Below are positions 44,812-53,391 of a DNA stretch of 64,000 nt, piece by piece. The DNA is taken from positions 1,632,001 to 1,696,000 of the forward strand of contig OZ245033.1 in NCBI GenBank assembly GCA_965224025.1. The letters are read 5' to 3'. A program made the translations under genes and the position numbers. Source of the DNA: Candidatus Multivorans sp. GTDB taxonomy: Bacteria > Acidobacteriota > Thermoanaerobaculia > Multivoradales > Multivoraceae. How positions within the stretch are numbered: position 1 is the first letter of the stretch; every line of letters starts with the position of its first letter. The notes under the pieces were generated by a model. That model had not been told where the DNA came from and ran no database searches. It worked only from the letters and a program-made list of their open reading frames with translations.

Positions 44812-47800
44812 TCAGATACTTGGTCCACTCCGTCGCACCCGGGTGACGAGGTCCACCACATGGGTGGCTGGCCTCGATCCGTAATCCTCCGGGTGACAGG
44901 TCAGAACGACGATCTGGATCCTCGCCGCCGCTTCCTCCAGGAGTTCGCGAAGCCACGCCATCCGGCTCTCGTCGGTCTGCGTCAACTGATCGTCCAGAAC
45001 GACGAAGGCGCCCAACGCTTCGGCGATGGAGATCCGAAGGAGTATGGCGATCTGCTCTCTGGCGCCGACCGAGAGCTCGCTGAACGTCCGCTCTGCGCCG
45101 GCGAAGCGGATGCCCCCGGCGTCCAGTTCCGGGCCGATCGCCAAGTCGCCGTACCGGCCGCCGGTCAGCTCCGAGATGCGTGAACTCACTGGCCCTACCA
45201 ATGCCTTGCCGAGATGCGCGGTCTCCTGCTTCTCCACTTCCCGCAGCGTCTCGACCAGGAGCTTCCATGCCTCGTACTCGACCTCGAGGCCTCCCTCCCG
45301 CTCCCGGATCGCCTCGACCCGCTCTTGTGCTTGAAGCGCCTGCTCCTCGGCGTAGGCGCCGCCGACCTGTTCCAGGGCGCCCCGGCGCTTCAGTAACTCC
45401 TCCGTGATCCGCAAGACCTTCGCCTCGGCCTCTCCGGCGGCACGCTCCAGTTCTCCGGTGTCGGTCGGCGCCGCTCCCGCGAGGTCCTCCTCCAGTCCCT
45501 CGAGGATCTCCCGGCACCGCTTCCTCTCCCCGCGAGCGGCCTCCACGTCCTCCCGCTCCAGCGCATCCTCGTGGACCCTGATTTCGCTCTCCAGCCCTGC
45601 CAGCTCCTCGCGCTGCGAGGCAAGGCCCCGGCCTACGTCGTCCCGTTGGCTCCGGACGCAGGCGGCCTCCTGCTCGATCTTCTCCAGGTTCTCCCTGGCC
45701 TCGTCGACCTGATCGGCCGCCTCGGAGCGCACGGCCTCGAGCCGGCTTTCCGCCGCCTCGTTCTGACGCGCAAGCTCCGCACGCCGCGCCGCCGCGCCCG
45801 CAAGCAGGCCCCGCCAGTCCGAATCGGCCCGGAGCAGCTCGTTCCGCTTGGCCTCCTGCTCCTGCCGGTCGCGGACCAGGTCGTTTGCGTCGTGCTCCAC
45901 CTTCGACTCAAGGCCACGACTCCGTTCCCGAAGCTCGGAAACGCGGCGCTCCACGCTCTCAGTGTCATCGCCAATCTCCGACTCTTCTCGCGGCTGCGCA
46001 TCCAGATTGCGGATGTGCTCCTCCACCGAAGCGCCCTCGCCAAGCGCCTCGGCGAGGGCGGACCGGCTGCGGTCCAGGTCACCGCGCGCCAGAGCCTCGC
46101 CACGCTCCAGCATCTCCAGACGCTCCGCTCGTATCCGTGCCTCATCGGCGCTCCGATCCCCTTGGTCGGCGTCGTCGCGCAGGGACTCGGCCTGGCGATG
46201 GAGCTTCTCGAGCTCCCGACCCGTAGCGACGCCTGCCCGCTCCAGGAGCGGCCGCCGGACAGTCTCGAGCTCCCGCTCGGCGGCGTCGGCGGCCGTTGCG
46301 AGTTCCTTGCCGCCGCCGCGCACATGCACCGCGCCAACGCCCGGGATGTCGACTCGCAGTTCGCGCTTAGCCTCGAAGTCCGTGTGCCGCCCCTCTCCGA
46401 CCCGCACGGCCTCCGTTTCGCTGTCCGCGCGCACCTCGGCCTTCGCTCCGGCCTGAAGCTCCAGATCGACGACCAGGCCCACGGCGAGCTTCTCCCGAGC
46501 AATCTGTCGATCGGTCTCCAGCTTCTTCAGACGCTCGATCTCCTCGCTGCTCGGCGCTCGCAGATCTGCAGCCGCCTTTCGCAGTGACACCGCCTCTTCC
46601 TCGGCGGCCGCCGCCGCGCTCGCATGCTTCCGGGCCTCCTCGTGCTCGCTAGCGCGCCGTTTCACGTCTTCGCAAGCTGTCAGGTAGCGGGCGCCCAGGC
46701 GCTCGACCTGAAGATCCCGCAATCGGCTTCGATCGGACCCGACCTCCTGCTCAGCCTCCTCAACAAGGGCTCGCGCCTCGGCCAGATTCCGCTCCTTCTC
46801 CTCGATCCGGCCGCCCAGCTCCCCGACCTGGCGGTCGAGTTCGGCGAACCGCTCGGCGTCCTCGATCTGGCGGTCGAACTCCTCCTGTTCCCTGCCGACC
46901 TTGAGCCGAGCATTCTCAGCCTCCTGCTCCCGCAGGCGCCGCTCCTGCTCGCCGCCGCCGGCCTCGACCTCGCGCACTCGTTCGCGCGCCTCCGCGAACT
47001 GCCGGGCGAGACCTTCACCGGCGCGCTCCAGCTCGGCACGCTCGCTCGACAGTTCAGCGACCCGCTTGCGCGCCACCTCGGCGGCTGCGAGCTTCTCGTC
47101 GCGCGTTCGAATCAGCGTCTCGATCCGCGTCGCCTCCTTGTCAGCAGAACGAAACGCTTCCTCGGCCTTCTCCAGTTCGCCGCGTCGGGCGTCGGCTGCC
47201 CGCGCTTCCTCGAGCTTCCGCCGGACCGCATCCCGGACGGCCTCCGCCTCGGTCTGCTCCTGCTGCAGTTCGTTCACTCGCCTGCGAACGCCCTCGCTCT
47301 CCTCCTGCTGCGATCGGACTTCCTGCCGCCGTTCCTCAGCGGCACGGCGTTCCTCTTTCAATCGCGTCCACGGCGAGTCCCGGCCGCTTCGCCGCCGGCC
47401 TGTGGCGGTGTACGCCAGGTCGACCTTCACCTGAACCGCGTCGAGCAGCTTCTTCAGTCGAGGATCCTCGGCCAGACCCTCGAGCGCGCGCATGAGCTGC
47501 TCACGACCGGACTCCGTCGGATCCTCAGCCAGGCTGCCCTCGAGGATGGCGCCCACTTCGTCCTGCCGGCCCAGCAGCGCGGTGGTGATCAGGGTGCTGG
47601 GCATCCCGCGCGGCCCGCCCTTGCCGCCCGGAGGCGTGGCGCCCCAGCCGAGCATCTCGTTCAGTTTGCCGTCGACTTCGCGGCCCCGGCTGTCCGTGCT
47701 GAAGTCGCGGCCGTCCCGGGAGAACGCCAGGTAACTCTTGCCGCCGCCGACCTTGAAGGTCTTCCGCACCTGCCACACCTTCTGAGCTTCCTGCTCAAAG

Positions 47801-48018
47801 GTCAGGGCGACCGACGGCGGCCCTTCGCTGTGCCAGTCATCGAGGACTCTGGCGGCGCTCGAGCCGGACTGAAGCAGAAGCACCGCCCGCACCGCTTCCG
47901 CGAGACTCGACTTGCCGAGTTCGTTCGGCCCGTGGAGCACGTTCAGGCCGGGTTCGAGATCGACCGAAGCCTCGGCGATGCCCGCGCAGTCGACGACCTC
48001 CAGACGGCGGATCCACAC
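44812..48018 (-). CDS. SMC/Rad50-like (YhaN-type) coiled-coil ABC ATPase
   Basis: Walker A GPNELGKS, long coiled coil, signature LSVGAREQ, Walker B VVLDD, LTCH; GTG 4 nt after the phosphoesterase stop; no CxxC hook seen. Confidence 0.88.
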   Translation of the reverse strand: MWIRRLEVVDCAGIAEASVDLEPGLNVLHGPNELGKSSLAEAVRAVLLLQSGSSAARVLDDWHSEGPPSVALTFEQEAQKVWQVRKTFKVGGGKSYLAFSRDGRDFSTDSRGREVDGKLNEMLGWGATPPGGKGGPRGMPSTLITTALLGRQDEVGAILEGSLAEDPTESGREQLMRALEGLAEDPRLKKLLDAVQVKVDLAYTATGRRRSGRDSPWTRLKEERRAAEERRQEVRSQQEESEGVRRRVNELQQEQTEAEAVRDAVRRKLEEARAADARRGELEKAEEAFRSADKEATRIETLIRTRDEKLAAAEVARKRVAELSSERAELERAGEGLARQFAEARERVREVEAGGGEQERRLREQEAENARLKVGREQEEFDRQIEDAERFAELDRQVGELGGRIEEKERNLAEARALVEEAEQEVGSDRSRLRDLQVERLGARYLTACEDVKRRASEHEEARKHASAAAAAEEEAVSLRKAAADLRAPSSEEIERLKKLETDRQIAREKLAVGLVVDLELQAGAKAEVRADSETEAVRVGEGRHTDFEAKRELRVDIPGVGAVHVRGGGKELATAADAAERELETVRRPLLERAGVATGRELEKLHRQAESLRDDADQGDRSADEARIRAERLEMLERGEALARGDLDRSRSALAEALGEGASVEEHIRNLDAQPREESEIGDDTESVERRVSELRERSRGLESKVEHDANDLVRDRQEQEAKRNELLRADSDWRGLLAGAAARRAELARQNEAAESRLEAVRSEAADQVDEARENLEKIEQEAACVRSQRDDVGRGLASQREELAGLESEIRVHEDALEREDVEAARGERKRCREILEGLEEDLAGAAPTDTGELERAAGEAEAKVLRITEELLKRRGALEQVGGAYAEEQALQAQERVEAIREREGGLEVEYEAWKLLVETLREVEKQETAHLGKALVGPVSSRISELTGGRYGDLAIGPELDAGGIRFAGAERTFSELSVGAREQIAILLRISIAEALGAFVVLDDQLTQTDESRMAWLRELLEEAAARIQIVVLTCHPEDYGSRPATHVVDLVTRVRRSGPSI

Positions 48019-48022
48019 GGCG

Positions 48023-49153
48023 TCAGGCCTGTTCCCGCACGAGCCGGTAGAGATGATGAAGCGCCCGCTCGACGACCTCAGGACGCGCCTGGGCGTGTTC
48101 CCGCAGGCGTTCGACGGCCGTCTCGAGCACCGGCATCTCGCTTCCGAAGTCGATCGTTGCGGCCGACGCGAGGCGGAACCCCCTTCGCTCGACATCGAGC
48201 ACGCCGACCTTCGGCGTCGAGGCCATCGAACCGCCCAACTCGGTGAGGATGCGTTCCGCCTCGTCGTACTCCGCCATCGGAAGCTCCATCTCCAACACGA
48301 GCCTGAGCACGGTCTTGCGCAGGTTCGTCTCCTGCTTCAGGCGGCGGAGTTCGTCCATCGATCGACACGTCTCCTCTCGCCAGTTCCAGCTTCCGACGGG
48401 TTCGCACAGCACCCAAGCGCGCCGGCGGCGGTCGAGCGGGAAGAACACGATCGCCACATGACCGGCATTCCGCTCGCCGAAGGTCGTGGCCTCCGGCGTG
48501 CCGGGGTACACGGTCGGCGCAGCCGCATCGGGTTCGACCTCCCGGAACCCGTGGGTATCGCCGAGAGCCAGGTAGTCGAAGCCCCGTTCGACCGCACTCC
48601 CGCGGGCGATCGGGAAGTTCGTCTGGTGACCCTTGATGTCGAAGGTCTGACCGTGGACCATGCCGACGCGAATCCGCTCGTCCCCGGGAGCGCGGCGGGG
48701 CAGCGAAGCGACGAGATCCGTCTGACCGGCCCGCGATTCGCAGGGGCTCGCGTAGAGAACGGCGCCGTCGCCGAGCGGCAGCTCCCATCCACTCCGGTCC
48801 ACGACGTGAACGTAGTCCGGCAGCCCCTGTCGAAACGAGTGGGCCGCGGCGTACACGGAACCCCGCCCGATCGGATCGTGGTTGCCGGGCAGAAGGATCA
48901 CCGGCCGCCGCCATTCCCGCCGGCGCTGGAACTCGTGAAGGAGTCCTTTCCACCACAGTTCTTTCGGCGCCGGCTCTTCGAACAAGTCGCCTGCGCACAA
49001 CACGGCGTCGACGTCGGAACCCGCCGCCAGATCGAGAGTCCGGCGGACGGCCTCGAGCCGAGCCCGGGTCAAGCGCTCCTCCTGGCCCTTCTCGAACTGC
49101 GGGAATCGGCGGCCCAGATGCCAGTCGGCGGTGTGCAGCAGTTTGAGCGCCAC
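48023..49153 (-). CDS. Mre11/SbcD-like metallophosphoesterase nuclease
   Basis: HTADWHLG, AGDLF, PGNHD, HG, ALGDTH, YPGTPE; GTG 49153 after GAGGAG. Confidence 0.9.
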   Translation of the reverse strand: MALKLLHTADWHLGRRFPQFEKGQEERLTRARLEAVRRTLDLAAGSDVDAVLCAGDLFEEPAPKELWWKGLLHEFQRRREWRRPVILLPGNHDPIGRGSVYAAAHSFRQGLPDYVHVVDRSGWELPLGDGAVLYASPCESRAGQTDLVASLPRRAPGDERIRVGMVHGQTFDIKGHQTNFPIARGSAVERGFDYLALGDTHGFREVEPDAAAPTVYPGTPEATTFGERNAGHVAIVFFPLDRRRRAWVLCEPVGSWNWREETCRSMDELRRLKQETNLRKTVLRLVLEMELPMAEYDEAERILTELGGSMASTPKVGVLDVERRGFRLASAATIDFGSEMPVLETAVERLREHAQARPEVVERALHHLYRLVREQA

Positions 49154-49235
49154 GTCGTTCTCCTCCAGAGGGTGGACCGTTTCCCGGCCGCGCGTCATTC
49201 GGCAGTCTCCCGCGCGGGACTCGGCTCGCAGGGAA

Positions 49236-52217
49236 TCATCCGATGACGAACTCCGCGGTGAGCAGCCGCTCCGTCTCGGGCTTGCGGTAGCGACGGCCGT
49301 GGGCGTGGTCCCGCCACCGACGGTACGTCTCGTCGTCGCCCGTCGCCATAGCCTCGATCTGCGAGTCGAGCGACTCGATCTTCTGCTCGATGGCCCGCGT
49401 CTGGGACTCTGCCCTCGCACGGTTCTCCGCGCCGATGGCACTGTCACGGCGACGTTCGGCGGCCGTGAGACGAGTGCTCTCGCGGCGCCGGTCGCGCCGC
49501 AACACGAGGAGACGATCGGCCAGATACTGATCCAGTTGATCCATCGCCGCCTCGAAGTTCGCCTGGTCGCCCCCGGCCCCGCCGGCCTGGTCCAGGAAGA
49601 GCTCCTCGTCGACCACTTCGTCGAGGTGATCCGCAGTCACGCCAAGCGGCGGTCTGAACTCGCCGACGTCCACACAGGGCTGGCGCAGCAGATCGATGGC
49701 GGCATCCGCCGGGCGCAGCACTTCCGCGTCCTCGAACACTGCGGTGACGCACAGCCGGTCCTCGCGCTCGAAGCGGGCGTTCGTCACTCGAGTCAGGGCC
49801 AATCGACCGCGTTCGCCTCGGCGACGACGCAGCGCTTCGGGAGCGCCGGCTGCGAGATCGAAGCGGACGCGGAAGGCGCCGTTCCCCGCAATCCGTGCTT
49901 CCTCCACCGCGGCGCCGATCAGGGGGTGGGCGAGATGAAGTGACTCGGTGTCGCCCAGGTCGCGGGCCGGTCCCAGGGCAACCGAGACGCCGCCGGCCAG
50001 CGGACCGGGCAACGACCGCGAAGCCCGAACGTGGATCACGCGGCGCCCTGCCCGCTCCGCGGCGCCCCAGGGGACGCCCCTGGCATCCAGGTACGCCGTC
50101 ACCACCCGCTCGAGTTCAGCGTCGAGCGCTGCGAGGGTCGCCGGAAGTTCCGACTCGATGTTGCGGAAGACCTCCCGCACGGACTCGTCGAACTGCCTTT
50201 GGATCAGCGACGTCGTGCGCTCGCGCACCTGGTCCAACCGCTGCCTGCGCTCCTCCAACTCATCCCGGAGCCGGCGCAACTCGTCCTCGACCTCCCGCAC
50301 CGACCTGGAACGATCCCAGATGCGCCGCACCTGCGCCTCGAAATCCGGCCCCAGAGCCGAGGCGAGTTCGTCGGACGAGTCGGAGCGCGGGGTCTGCAGG
50401 ACAACGTCCGACATGTCGAGCACCTTGCCGAACAGATCGAGCTTCGTGCTGAGAATCTCGAACGTGAGCCGCTGGGCCTCGTTGTCCTTCGCCAGAAAGC
50501 TGATCACCGTGACATCGCGCTTCTGCCCGTAGCGGTGACAGCGGCCGATCCTCTGTTCGATGCGCTGCGGGTTCCAGGGCAGGTCGTAGTTCACCAACGT
50601 GTCGCAGAACTGGAGGTTCAACCCCTTGGCACCGGCCTCCGAAGAGATGAAGACCCTGGAGCGGGTGCGGAACTCGTGGACCAACGCCAGGCGAACCGCA
50701 ACGGCCGGGCTGGGTCGCAGGCGCGGCTCGATGTCGCACTCCACCTCCTCGCGCCACGCGCCGAGCGCCTCCGCCGCACGCGCCGAGTCGTTGACGCCCC
50801 GAAACAGCGTGATGTCGCCCCGAGAGAGCTCCGTCTGCTCGAGCAGCAGATCGCGCAGGTAGTCCTGCGTCGTCAACGATTCGGTGAACACGACGACTTT
50901 CTGCCGACCCTCAGGGCGTTCCAGGACCAGGCGCACCGCCTCCACCAGGCTCTCCGCCTTGCTGTCTCGCGGCAGGCGCCGGGCCCGGCGCACGAAATCC
51001 TGGACCCGCGCCCGTTCCGCCCGTACGCCAGCCGCGTCGACAGCACGTTCATCGGCGGGGTCCTCACCGGCGGTGGGCGGGGGGTCGGGGCCAACCTCCG
51101 TCTCTTCTTCCTCCTCCAGGTCGCCGGCGAACAACTCCGCCGCCGCGGCGATCGCCGCCCCACCACCCCGGAGCATCCCGCGCAGTCGCTGGGAGACCCG
51201 CTCCAGGCTGTCTGCCAGCGCCGCGGTCGAGGACGCCATGCGCCGATGGAAGCCGAGCAGCAACAACTGCCGCGAACTGCCGCTGAACGCGTGCAGCGTC
51301 GGTTCCAGCAGGTAGGCGGTCACGTCGTCGTAGAGCGAGCGCTCTTCGGCGCTCATCGCGTACTCGAACAACTGGGCCCGCCGACCGACGAACGGCTTGT
51401 CGAGGAACTCCTGAGCCTGTCGGCGCAGCGTCCGCTGGACGACGACGCCAAGCCGCCTCTGGAGTTCTTCGGCCTGCTCGGCGACGACCTGCCGCCCCGC
51501 GTTGTCCGCGCAGAAGACGTCCTCGAAGACTGGTTTCGAGCCCAGCAGCGTGCCGGTGCGGTCGATGTACTGCACCAGCCCCCAGAGTTCCGCCAGTGAG
51601 TTCTGGATCGGCGTGGCGGTCAGGAGAAGCACCGGGGCGACGCCCATGATCTGTCGCAAGCGGTGCGCGACCTGCGCGTAGCGGCTGTCCTCGTCGTACG
51701 AACCGTAACGGTCGAACCGCCGGTGAATGGCGGCGAAGACCTCGTGAGCCTCGTCGATCAGGTAGAGATCGAACGGCGGCGCATTCCGCAGCCGTTCGAA
51801 GCCCCTGGCCCCGCCCGCGTACTCCCGGCCCACCAGGAACACGCCCGGCGCATCGAGATCGATCGCCGGATCCGTAGCCTCGACCGCCTCGATCCCGAAC
51901 AGGGTGTACAACTCGCTCTGCCACTGGCCAAGCAACGGGCGCGGCAGGACAATGAGGATTCTCTCGGCGCCCTCCGCCATCAACTGGGCGATGACGAGGC
52001 CGGCCTCGATCGTCTTGCCCAGGCCCACCTCGTCCGCAAGGATGCACCCTCCTTCCGGAATGCGGCGCAACGCGAACATGACCGCGTCGATCTGGTGCGG
52101 GTTCGGGTCGATCCGCGCACGTCGCTGCGAGGCGACCTGCCGCCTGCGCTCGCTGGCCCGGCGGGCGCGAACAAGTTCCTCCGCGTAGTAGCGGCGATGG
52201 ATCGGGTGTGCCGGCAC
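49236..52217 (-). CDS. SNF2/RapA-like helicase (intact)
   Basis: DPNPHQ, ADEVGLGKT, DEAH, LLTATPIQN, GAKGLNLQF, NYDLPWNPQRIEQRIGRCHRYGQ; start GTG 52217 (ORF open to 52277). Confidence 0.92.
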   Translation of the reverse strand: MPAHPIHRRYYAEELVRARRASERRRQVASQRRARIDPNPHQIDAVMFALRRIPEGGCILADEVGLGKTIEAGLVIAQLMAEGAERILIVLPRPLLGQWQSELYTLFGIEAVEATDPAIDLDAPGVFLVGREYAGGARGFERLRNAPPFDLYLIDEAHEVFAAIHRRFDRYGSYDEDSRYAQVAHRLRQIMGVAPVLLLTATPIQNSLAELWGLVQYIDRTGTLLGSKPVFEDVFCADNAGRQVVAEQAEELQRRLGVVVQRTLRRQAQEFLDKPFVGRRAQLFEYAMSAEERSLYDDVTAYLLEPTLHAFSGSSRQLLLLGFHRRMASSTAALADSLERVSQRLRGMLRGGGAAIAAAAELFAGDLEEEEETEVGPDPPPTAGEDPADERAVDAAGVRAERARVQDFVRRARRLPRDSKAESLVEAVRLVLERPEGRQKVVVFTESLTTQDYLRDLLLEQTELSRGDITLFRGVNDSARAAEALGAWREEVECDIEPRLRPSPAVAVRLALVHEFRTRSRVFISSEAGAKGLNLQFCDTLVNYDLPWNPQRIEQRIGRCHRYGQKRDVTVISFLAKDNEAQRLTFEILSTKLDLFGKVLDMSDVVLQTPRSDSSDELASALGPDFEAQVRRIWDRSRSVREVEDELRRLRDELEERRQRLDQVRERTTSLIQRQFDESVREVFRNIESELPATLAALDAELERVVTAYLDARGVPWGAAERAGRRVIHVRASRSLPGPLAGGVSVALGPARDLGDTESLHLAHPLIGAAVEEARIAGNGAFRVRFDLAAGAPEALRRRRGERGRLALTRVTNARFEREDRLCVTAVFEDAEVLRPADAAIDLLRQPCVDVGEFRPPLGVTADHLDEVVDEELFLDQAGGAGGDQANFEAAMDQLDQYLADRLLVLRRDRRRESTRLTAAERRRDSAIGAENRARAESQTRAIEQKIESLDSQIEAMATGDDETYRRWRDHAHGRRYRKPETERLLTAEFVIG

Positions 52218-52266
52218 TTTGGGGCGGTCAACGTCGACAGCAACGCCAACGGGCAGGCGATTGTAG

Positions 52267-52315
52267 CGGCGCCTCAACGACGGCGCCTCAACGACGGCAC
52301 TACAACGACGGCAAC
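52267..52315. repeat. 14-bp tandem repeat (~3.5 units)
   Basis: CGGCGCCTCAACGA x2, CGGCACTACAACGA, CGGCAAC. Confidence 0.85.
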
Positions 52316-52459
52316 GCCCCGCCAGAGCGAGCCGTGACGACCTCGGCAGTGAGTCCGCTCACGCTCGAGCACCCAGAGCATGAACTGAAGCGCCTCCGCG
52401 CCCCGGGACTCTGCCAATCTCCGAAACACGTGGAATCACGCTAGAATGCGTCATGAACT

Positions 52460-52822
52460 GTGGGGTGCTGCCGTACTCTTCGGGAACTCGTCGAAGGTCA
52501 GAACTTCTCTCCAGTGTTCATCGCCGCTGAGTTGCGCACCACGAAGGCAGAGATCGCCGGCACACTTGGTTTGGGGCGTGACGCCCTCTCGCGTGCCTCA
52601 CGGATCAGGGCCCGAAAGACCCAGATCCGCCTCCGCCAGATGCTGGAGATTCTGAACCGCGTCGAAGCCGAGACTGGATCGCCGCTTGCGGCCTACGCCT
52701 GGTTCCGCGCCGAGCGGCTGCCGGGCTTTGGCGGTGCCACCGCGGATCTGCTGCTGCGAGAAGGCAAGGCCGACCACGTCCATGCCTATCTCCACAGGGT
52801 GGCGGCAGGCGGCTATGCATAG
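52460..52822 (+). CDS. Xre/MbcA/ParS-like antitoxin
   Basis: HTH-like N-part; AYAWFRAERLPGFGGATA..L...G...V..YL..V..GGYA; upstream of a RES gene. Confidence 0.8.
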   Translation: MGCCRTLRELVEGQNFSPVFIAAELRTTKAEIAGTLGLGRDALSRASRIRARKTQIRLRQMLEILNRVEAETGSPLAAYAWFRAERLPGFGGATADLLLREGKADHVHAYLHRVAAGGYA

Positions 52823-52837
52823 GGCACTTGCCTGCCG

Positions 52838-52966
52838 ATGCGGTTCCGAAGGGTCGTCTATCGGGCCCACAATCCTCAATGGTCCTGGACGCCGCTCTCA
52901 GGTGAAGGCGCTCGCCGCCATGGTGGGCGTTTCAACCGTCGCGGTGTACCGGCGCTCTACAGCTAG
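52838..52966 (+). pseudogene. RES-domain toxin, truncated after 42 codons
   Basis: MRFRRVVYRAHNPQWSWTPLSGEGARRHGGRFNRRGVPALYS*. Confidence 0.8.
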
Positions 52967-52968
52967 AG

Positions 52969-53232
52969 CTAGTCGTCATACCAGCCTTCCCAGAAGGTGC
53001 CCTTTGTGCCGGTTTGCCTTTGCCGGCACCCGAAATGCGCGCCGCTCTGGAGGTAGCCGCTGACATTGCGCGGCCTGTCAGTGACCGTCTCCCGAATGCG
53101 CGACCCCGAGTGTTGTTGAATGCTGCTCAGGCATTCGTCGAGGCTGCGGAACTCCGCTCTCCGGACTGAGCCGGGCGAGCAAGCCAGAGCAGCGAGACTT
53201 ACGGACAGGAGTCCGCCACGGGCCCACGACAT
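52969..53232 (-). CDS. Small putative lipoprotein
   Basis: MSWARGGLLSVSLAALAC lipobox; two further Cys; start uncertain (ORF open to 53316). Confidence 0.55.
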   Translation of the reverse strand: MSWARGGLLSVSLAALACSPGSVRRAEFRSLDECLSSIQQHSGSRIRETVTDRPRNVSGYLQSGAHFGCRQRQTGTKGTFWEGWYDD

Positions 53233-53391
53233 CCGCACGAAGAGGCTGCGGCGGCAAACCGCGAACTGCCTGCCAACCCGGATACAACATTCGTTCCAAG
53301 CAACGAAACTCCGCACTACTTCCTCCTCTTCGTCAAGAGCCGACCGCTTCTTTTACTATTCGGCTGTTCCGGCTTCTTCCGAACTCTCTGG

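Noticed and set aside
44812-49153. Calling the pair canonical sbcCD, Wadjet or Lamassu
   Set aside because: No zinc-hook CxxC, no JetA/B/D or LmuA/C-like partners; the signature and LTCH motifs fit the YhaN-like branch
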